Positions 57,493 through 64,000 of a DNA stretch of 64,000 nt are shown in pieces (the stretch's first letter is position 1; each line of letters begins with the position of its first letter). The position numbers were made by a program, and so were the translations under genes. The DNA is from Bacteroidales bacterium (lineage in GTDB: Bacteria > Bacteroidota > Bacteroidia > Bacteroidales > VadinHA17). Under the pieces are notes generated by a model. It saw only the letters and a list, made by a program, of their open reading frames with translations. It was not told the DNA's origin and ran no database searches. The stretch lies in the NCBI GenBank assembly GCA_035390825.1, contig DAOOUQ010000024.1, positions 436-64,435 on the forward strand, read 5' to 3'.

Positions 57493-58206
57493 ATGAGAAA
57501 CTGGACCACTCCGGGCGGATACAGAATTTTCCAGGTCCTTTCGGGAAGGAGCAATGTGTTTCTTTTGACAAACGGAAAGGCAGACATCCTGGTTGACACA
57601 GGTCCCGGATTCATGTGGAAAACCCTGCAAGAAAGGCTTGGGAAATTGCACGTAAATAAGATTGATCTTTTGATACTTACACATTCTCATTTCGATCATG
57701 CCGCCAATGCGGCAAATATCAGGGAGAAGTATAATGCAAGGGTGATAATACATAAATCGGAAACGGGTTATCTGACTTCCGGTGATAATATCCTTCCGTC
57801 CGGAACAAATTCCTTCACAAAATTCCTTGTCAGGACTTTTGAAGGCAAATTCAGGAGCGTTGCCCTTTATCAGCCCTGCAAATATGATTATGCTATTGAT
57901 GATATATTTGAACTTTCAGATTTTGGATTCAACGCATACCTGATGCATACTCCAGGACATACAGAAGGATCGGTAAGCGTGATAACAGATAACGAGATCG
58001 CCCTTGTGGGAGATACGATGTTCGGAGTTTTCTGGTGGACGGCATTCCCTCCTTTTGCATCAGATCCCGGCCGGTTGCTTAAAAGTTGGGAGAAACTGCT
58101 CAAAACGGGCTGCAGGCTTTTTATCCCTTCGCACGGATCGGCAAACAGCAAAGACATGGTCGAAAAAGATCTTTTAAAAAGAACCAATATCAAATTACCA
58201 TATTGA
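57493..58206 (+). CDS. MBL-fold metallo-hydrolase
   Basis: THSHFDH metal-binding motif and a downstream HTPGHTEGS. Confidence 0.9.
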   Translation: MRNWTTPGGYRIFQVLSGRSNVFLLTNGKADILVDTGPGFMWKTLQERLGKLHVNKIDLLILTHSHFDHAANAANIREKYNARVIIHKSETGYLTSGDNILPSGTNSFTKFLVRTFEGKFRSVALYQPCKYDYAIDDIFELSDFGFNAYLMHTPGHTEGSVSVITDNEIALVGDTMFGVFWWTAFPPFASDPGRLLKSWEKLLKTGCRLFIPSHGSANSKDMVEKDLLKRTNIKLPY

Positions 58207-58217
58207 AATTTTAAAAA

Positions 58218-58652
58218 ATGACAGACAAATCAAAAGAATTGAGATCAACTATCAAGCTTATAAATGATAAGCTGCTTTTCAAAGGAACTGTTGGAGACAA
58301 CACACCAATATCAATAGATTATATTGCCCCTCTTGGTGACGATATGGGATATACGTCTCTTGAATTACTTCTTCTTAGCCTGTCGTCGTGCCTGGGCAGT
58401 GCAATGCTGACTTTCCTCAGGAGAATGCACCGGGCAATTACAGGTTTTGAAATGCATGCCAGGGGCCTCAGAAAAGAGGAGCATCCGACAGGATTCAGTA
58501 GAATTTTTCTTGATATTCATATTACTTCCCCCGATGCCACAGAACAGGAGGTAAAAAAGGTGATCAGTATGGCAGAAGAAAAATACTGCCCGGTCTGGTC
58601 AATGATCAAAGGAAATACAACAGTTGAGACCGCTTTCACCGTAAACAATTGA
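58218..58652 (+). CDS. OsmC family protein
   Basis: 144 aa, OsmC-like with two conserved Cys contexts (LSSCLG, EKYCPVW). Confidence 0.85.
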   Translation: MTDKSKELRSTIKLINDKLLFKGTVGDNTPISIDYIAPLGDDMGYTSLELLLLSLSSCLGSAMLTFLRRMHRAITGFEMHARGLRKEEHPTGFSRIFLDIHITSPDATEQEVKKVISMAEEKYCPVWSMIKGNTTVETAFTVNN

Positions 58653-58656
58653 CAAA

Positions 58657-59883
58657 GTGGATAAAAATGAATTGACTAAACTGGCAAAAGAACATATTCA
58701 TATGTTATGTTCAGTCATTCCTGAAAGGCGTGTGGGTGGCGAAGGGAACCGTCAGGCTACAGGTTATGTTAAGAAGGAATTCGTAAAATCAGGATGGATA
58801 ACAGAGGAGACTGTGCTCGGAGTTATGGACTGGAAAACCAGCGGGGCAAGTCTTAAATGCGGAACGGAATTGTTTGAAGTAAGTTCATCGCCTTATTCTA
58901 AAGGTTGTCTGGTCAGGGGAGAACTGGTTCCGGCAGAAACTGTTGAAGAGCTTGAAAAAGCAGACATTTCCGGCAAAATTGTTTTTTTACATGGTCAGAT
59001 AGCTAAAGGGCAGATAATGCCCAAAAATTTCGTTTTTTACAATCCTGAAGAGCACAAAAGGATTATCTCAGCCCTGGAAAGGGGGAATCCCAGGGCCATT
59101 ATAAGTGCCACCGGACGCGATTCTGCAATTGCAGGGGGTGCTTACCCTTTTCCGATGTTCGAAGACGGTGATTTCGACATCCCGTCGGTGTATATGAAAG
59201 ATACAGAAGGAGAGAAGCTTATTGCCTGTTCAGGAAAGGTCGTGACACTTGAATCAGGAGCAGAACGCATACCTGAGACTGCTTTAAATGTTATTGCCCG
59301 GAAGGAAGGGAAAACAAATAAAAGAATTGCCGTAACGGCTCATATTGATGCCAAAATCGGCACTCAGGGAGCCATCGACAATGCGACAGGCGTTGCTGTT
59401 CTGATGCTGCTCGCTGAACTGATGAAGGATTACAAAGGGAATTACAGTATTGAACTTGTTGCCTTTAACGGTGAAGACTACTATGCCGTCCCCGGACAGA
59501 TGAAATATATTGAACAAAACCAGGGAATGTTTGATCAAATCGTGCTGAATATAAATATTGACGGGGCAGGGTATAAGGAAGGTCCTTCCTGTTTTTCCGC
59601 CTTTAATCTTCCGGGTCACATAAGGGGAAAACTGGATGCCATTTTTAAAAGCCATCAGGATATTGTTGAGGGCAAACCATGGGTTCAGGGCGACCACAGC
59701 ATCTTTGTCCGGTTTGGCTGTCCGGCAATTGCTGTAAGTTCCGAATGGTTCATCGATCATATGGATGATCAGGACATCACACATACACCCAAGGATGATC
59801 CTGGTATCGTAAATTATGAACGGATACCTGAATGTGCCCTGGCAATCAAAGAGTTAATAGTCAGTCTTGCTGAGAATGAATAG
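58657..59883 (+). CDS. M28 family peptidase (aminopeptidase)
   Basis: HIDAKIGTQGAIDNATGVAVLMLLAE and FNGEDY metal-ligand contexts; GTG start. Confidence 0.85.
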   Translation: MDKNELTKLAKEHIHMLCSVIPERRVGGEGNRQATGYVKKEFVKSGWITEETVLGVMDWKTSGASLKCGTELFEVSSSPYSKGCLVRGELVPAETVEELEKADISGKIVFLHGQIAKGQIMPKNFVFYNPEEHKRIISALERGNPRAIISATGRDSAIAGGAYPFPMFEDGDFDIPSVYMKDTEGEKLIACSGKVVTLESGAERIPETALNVIARKEGKTNKRIAVTAHIDAKIGTQGAIDNATGVAVLMLLAELMKDYKGNYSIELVAFNGEDYYAVPGQMKYIEQNQGMFDQIVLNINIDGAGYKEGPSCFSAFNLPGHIRGKLDAIFKSHQDIVEGKPWVQGDHSIFVRFGCPAIAVSSEWFIDHMDDQDITHTPKDDPGIVNYERIPECALAIKELIVSLAENE

Positions 59884-60575
59884 TCTGGAATGATAAGTCG
59901 CTTCTTTCCTCCCCCGGTACACAAAAAAGCATTCTGTTATCCCGAATGAGACGTTTCCATGCAATCGAAGATACGTTGAGATGAGGAATCTCTCACGCGG
60001 GGCAGGGAAATGCTCAACAACCGTTTTACCGGATGATGAATGCATCAGAGTATTATAAGCCGTGCCTTAATACGCTGCCGGATGAAAACAGAAATGATCG
60101 CTGGAAGGACTGATGACGATTTCATAATGCGAACGTGACTCATGATCCCCAAATATGATATCTTCCTGGCGGGATGAGAACCCGCTGTACCTGTCAGCTC
60201 ACCTGATCTCACATCCCCGGAACGGATATCTGCAACATACTAATATTTATTTCTTCGCGATTTAGTAATCAGTAACTTAACCCGTAGTCTTCTTTTTTTG
60301 CAACAACTGGTTAATTATGTTATTAGCAGATTAACCTTCTTTCTGATTACCGTTTGCCTGCTTTTTACAATGTGCAAAAGACCGGGGACAATACGGGTAA
60401 AACCGGTTTTTCGGTGTTGAACGGGAGCACTATCATGGATGTAAACAGGGTCACACCCCGACCGGGAGTTCAGTTTTCGGGAGACAGCGCGGGAGAAAGC
60501 AATTTTAACGAGGGGAACCCGGGTTAAAATCGGAATAATGTTTTCATCCCATATCCAGCTCCAGTGCAAAAGGCT

Positions 60576-63134
60576 TCAGTGAAATGCGTAATCGACTTTT
60601 ACCATAAAACTGTTTCGCGGGAATGCCCTGAAAAGCTCTGATATCTGTCCCCCAAGTGATTGTCCGTACAGATCATCTCCCCAGGGAGCAAGGGGATTCA
60701 TTTCCTCGTCTTTTCTGCGCGAATGGCTCCACACGAAATAAATTGCAGATCCGGGTCTGTATTCCCACCTTGTTACGAAATTTGACTGCAGGTTTTTATA
60801 GTTGAAATCCCTCCTTTTGGGGTACCCGGGGAAAGGAACCATTTTGTCGGGATTGGCCAGTATGCTGAAATTGCCATACCGTCCTTTTGCCGCGAAAAAC
60901 TGCGAATAAAGCTGCATTGAAAATTTACTTGTCAAAGTAAGAGAACCTCTCACCGTAAGGTCGGCCGATCGGGTATCACGTACTCCGAACACTGGTACAT
61001 AAAACCAGCCGGGTTTATTTTCCTTCACATCTGCAAGGATAGTCGCGAGAGTTCCATCGTCGTTGAAGGCCGTTAGATCCTCCCGGTTCAGATTATCGGG
61101 GGATGTAGACAAGCTGCCGATTTTCCAGCCGGCGTCATCATGGAAAAATGTTTCGTTCGACGCCCATGCGGTTTTGTCATTTTCCCAGGAACTTTTGATT
61201 TCCGCACTGAGGGATACTTTTGTCCCGGGTATCACAGTACCCAGAAAATCGATCATATATTCCGAACCTTTGTTGTCGTATTTTCTTACAGATGCCTTTG
61301 GCGTTATTTTCCATTTCTTTCTGTCATCAGTGGAGAATTCCCCCGATAATTCAGCCCCTTTTGGCTTTGCCCATACCCACAGGCCCCTTGTCTCCCAGAG
61401 ATCATACCCCCCGAGAGGGCTTATCAGGGCGGTACCGGCCTTGATTTGCCTGAACTTTTTTGTTGTAAGGGTCATCTTGAGATTAATTTCACTCCCCATG
61501 TCATAATTTTCAAGCATAGAAAGCCTTCTTGCATAATCGAGGCTCAGTTCTCCACGCTGGAAATTGCCGAATTCCTTTCCTCCCTTAAGCTTGTATTTGA
61601 GATTGGCCCAAATCTGGTACCAGTTTTGTTCAAATGTTATCCATCCGATATCATTAGGATTATACTGGTCGGTAAACATGAGCAGGGCTACATGTCCGTC
61701 GATGATGCCCTGCCTTTTACGTATGGCGAGGCTGCTCATCATGCCTGTCTGGTCTTTGATTCCCTGAACCAGTGAATTTCTGTCGGAAAACGCTATAGTT
61801 CCTTCGAAACCATACCTGTTATTATCAAATCTTAAATCCCAGTCTAAACCACCTGTTATGCTTTGCCACCCTGTCCCTTTGGCTTCGGGGCTGTAATAAT
61901 ATGTAAGGATTCCTCCGGCCGATGAATATTCATTTATCCTCTGGCTTGCGCGGAATACTGCATAATTGTTGGAAGGGTTGAAATTCTCCCCGGCTGTAAC
62001 ACCCATAATGCCAAATGAAAGATCCTTTTCGGTGCGGCCTGACAGTTTTACAGCTGCTATGATAGGTTCATCGGCACCAAACCGCCTGGGATAATACAGC
62101 CTGCTGTTTCCTATGCCGAATTTAAAGATGTCGGCACCTTCGAGGAAAAATGGCCGTTTTTCAGGGTACAAAGTCTGGAAAGCCGTCAGATTGAGAACAG
62201 CCGGATCAGCTTCAACCTGGCCGAAATCCGGCCTTATTGTTGCATCAAGGATCACATTTGGCCCTATCCCGATTTTAATGTCACCTCCCGTACTGCTTTT
62301 AAACCTGTAATCAGCTTTGCCGGCGGCATTCTCATTTTCACTTATGTCAAGACCGGCAAGAACATATGGTCGTACCTGGATATTAGTCCTTGGATCAATA
62401 CCTTTTATTCCGGTAATTTTCCCATATCCCGAGACAAGGTTGCTCCTTTTGTCACGCGGGATATACGGCCATTCGGAAACCTCGCCTGATTTTGGATTAC
62501 GCCTTGAGAAATAAACACCCCAGGTCTGTATCTCTTTTTTTGAGTACCTGAGCATATTGTAAGGTATACGCATTTCAACTGACCAGCCCTCATCAGTTAT
62601 ACTGACGTCTGAAAACCATATTGCATCCCATGAGACATCAAGGCCCGTCGGAAGCAAGGGATTAGTTGCTCCCGAGCTGACCTTTCTGTTGTCGTCCTGT
62701 TGTCCGTCAAGCTGAACCCCTGCAGCATTCACTGCAAATGTAAATGCCATCTTGCCGCTGTTGTACGAATCGACGGATACCATGAACCAGTCGGCCCTGT
62801 TATATTCATCCCTCCGCCCCAGATTATTCTCAATATTATTCCTCCTGTCAAATAACAAGGCACCTATGTACAGGTCATCCTTTCCAAAGAGTATCCTTAC
62901 CTCGGTTCTGCCGTTTGATTTTATCCCTTCGACAGGCTCATATTGAATGAAATCAGATACAGTCCGGGCTTCCTGCCAGGCTGCTTCATTAAGATTTCCG
63001 TCGATCACGACAGCAGAATTTGTAAAAGAAGCTGTCAATAATCCGTTTTCCTGTGAGAAAAGCGACTGGAAAGATGCCAGGATGCTGATGGCAAGAATGT
63101 TAGGTGTTATTTTAAACATAGGATGCCCGGTCAA
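60576..63134 (-). CDS. DUF5916 / CBM9-like domain outer-membrane-associated protein
   Basis: N-terminal CBM9-like segment (IDGNLNEAAWQEA...FIQYEP) followed by a long beta-rich region. A more likely start is MFKITPN at 63119. Confidence 0.8.
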   Translation of the reverse strand: MTGHPMFKITPNILAISILASFQSLFSQENGLLTASFTNSAVVIDGNLNEAAWQEARTVSDFIQYEPVEGIKSNGRTEVRILFGKDDLYIGALLFDRRNNIENNLGRRDEYNRADWFMVSVDSYNSGKMAFTFAVNAAGVQLDGQQDDNRKVSSGATNPLLPTGLDVSWDAIWFSDVSITDEGWSVEMRIPYNMLRYSKKEIQTWGVYFSRRNPKSGEVSEWPYIPRDKRSNLVSGYGKITGIKGIDPRTNIQVRPYVLAGLDISENENAAGKADYRFKSSTGGDIKIGIGPNVILDATIRPDFGQVEADPAVLNLTAFQTLYPEKRPFFLEGADIFKFGIGNSRLYYPRRFGADEPIIAAVKLSGRTEKDLSFGIMGVTAGENFNPSNNYAVFRASQRINEYSSAGGILTYYYSPEAKGTGWQSITGGLDWDLRFDNNRYGFEGTIAFSDRNSLVQGIKDQTGMMSSLAIRKRQGIIDGHVALLMFTDQYNPNDIGWITFEQNWYQIWANLKYKLKGGKEFGNFQRGELSLDYARRLSMLENYDMGSEINLKMTLTTKKFRQIKAGTALISPLGGYDLWETRGLWVWAKPKGAELSGEFSTDDRKKWKITPKASVRKYDNKGSEYMIDFLGTVIPGTKVSLSAEIKSSWENDKTAWASNETFFHDDAGWKIGSLSTSPDNLNREDLTAFNDDGTLATILADVKENKPGWFYVPVFGVRDTRSADLTVRGSLTLTSKFSMQLYSQFFAAKGRYGNFSILANPDKMVPFPGYPKRRDFNYKNLQSNFVTRWEYRPGSAIYFVWSHSRRKDEEMNPLAPWGDDLYGQSLGGQISELFRAFPRNSFMVKVDYAFH

Positions 63135-63469
63135 ACAATGACAATATAATAAACTTAACTGTCAATAAATTGCTTTTAATGTTTTTTAAGAATTACTGTT
63201 GTTTGATCCTTTAATCCCAACACTTTTTCCTTATCGGGTTCTGAAGAAGAATATCCGGGGTGCAAAAAACACTTCAACACTTTAACTGAAAACTTACCGG
63301 CCCCATACTGGAAGTTAAAATTACTATGGCTGAGATAAATACAAAACGTGTCAACTCTGATATTGCCAGTATCCTGATGATAATTGAGCCCGAAAAGTAA
63401 AGGGACTGAAGTTAAAAATTATCCCGGCTTCCTGATAAAACCGGGCAAATTAAAAACAGATTCAGGATC

Positions 63470-63697
63470 ATGTATTTAGAATACAACCTTGAAGATATTG
63501 ATACTGAAGTCATTGAAGAAAGCATTTATGCTTCAGCTCCGATATTAAGAATGCATATTAAAACTTTCGATCAGAAATCTGAAAGCGTCAAAGCAGCCCG
63601 GGACGCGACCGAATCATATTCAGAACCCCGATTTCCGGAAACTCTATTCTGGCTGGAATCAATAACATTGATATTAAATATTTATCTTGCGCATTGA
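63470..63697 (+). CDS. Hypothetical small acidic protein (weak call)
   Basis: 75-aa ORF in an otherwise empty 640-nt gap, with no recognisable motif. Confidence 0.25.
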   Translation: MYLEYNLEDIDTEVIEESIYASAPILRMHIKTFDQKSESVKAARDATESYSEPRFPETLFWLESITLILNIYLAH

Positions 63698-63776
63698 TTC
63701 ATTTAGGTTGAAACTCTTCTTTCCAATGAATCAAAACAGGGCTAATGACTTAAAAGCAACACATAAAATAATTAAC

Positions 63777-64000
63777 ATGACAGAAACTTCTTCAATAAAA
63801 AATGAAATCCAGGCTTTAGTCGGGTATTGGGAAAAACGACTTGTTTCCCTGCCGGAAGAGACAATTACACGGCGCCGGAACAGCCAGAACAGGACTGTCA
63901 AAATGATATTGGGACATCTCATTGATTCGGCATCTAATAATATTCACCGGATTGTTCACCTGCAGTATCAGCAGAGTCCCCTGACATTCCCGAACTATGC
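63777..64000 (+). CDS. DinB-family (DinB_2-like) protein, 5' partial at window edge
   Basis: ATG at 63777; ...MILGHLIDSASNNIHRIVHLQYQ resembles the first His-containing helix of DinB-like proteins. Open to the end of the window. Confidence 0.6.
   Translation, partial: MTETSSIKNEIQALVGYWEKRLVSLPEETITRRRNSQNRTVKMILGHLIDSASNNIHRIVHLQYQQSPLTFPNY

Noticed and set aside
60110-60116. CUGAUGA hammerhead / C-box-like core
   Set aside because: The required GAAA after stem II is GAAC here, and no convincing stems I or III could be drawn. C/D-box RNAs are not expected in bacteria.
60201-60209. ACCUGAUCU plus an upstream AUGAGA...ACCC, reminiscent of a TPP riboswitch
   Set aside because: The CUGG/CCAG P4-P5 pairing and the GCGUAGGGA tail are missing, and there is no downstream gene in either orientation.
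60298-60420. TTG-initiated 40-codon ORF (MQQLVNYVISRLTFFLITVCLLFTMCKRPGTIRVKPVFRC) that looks like a lipoprotein signal plus a 15-aa Cys-flanked peptide
   Set aside because: It depends on a non-ATG start with no supporting promoter or conservation evidence, which is too speculative without homologues or Ribo-seq.
60315-60569. 84-aa minus-strand ORF directly after the DUF5916 gene
   Set aside because: It is basic and motif-free, and it overlaps the CGGGAG-rich segment. It is reported inside the 59884-60575 finding rather than as a gene.

Overview
This is a 64-kb chromosomal segment, most likely from a Bacteroidota genome. The phylum call rests on a SusC/SusD pair, a T9SS C-terminal sorting domain, DUF2723 and DUF5916 proteins, and TAnnTTTG-type -7 promoter boxes. 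Coding density is high and the content is mostly housekeeping. One long plus-strand block holds yceD-rpmF-plsX-fabH, then bactofilin, then a complete F-type ATP synthase locus (atpZ-like, atpI-like, atpB-E-F-H-A-G, a polyprenyl synthase, atpD-C), followed directly by an aromatic-amino-acid decarboxylase. Other content includes: a TetR / LolA-like / 2x FtsX / ABC-ATPase / outer-membrane-protein cluster; a LiaF-like + LytS-type kinase + LytTR regulator module; EttA; a tricorn-like S41 protease; and a small SusC/SusD locus with a lipoprotein and a T9SS cargo protein. There are also several envelope or glycan-related enzymes and peptidases (M28, peptidase-MA-like, Zn peptidase). I found no integrase, transposase, phage gene, CRISPR array, tRNA or rRNA, and no recognisable defence island. 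The less ordinary signals are mostly non-coding or structural. (1) A family of intergenic hairpin elements has arms built from tandem heptamers. (2) Two long regions without credible ORFs (1-571 and 59884-60575) are dense in hairpins or short motifs. (3) A PQQ-like beta-propeller gene has its signal peptide in a different frame across a T7 tract. (4) Interleaved hairpins lie between atpD and atpC. (5) A GH16-like protein lacks both catalytic glutamates. All functional calls come from reading motifs by eye; no database search was run.
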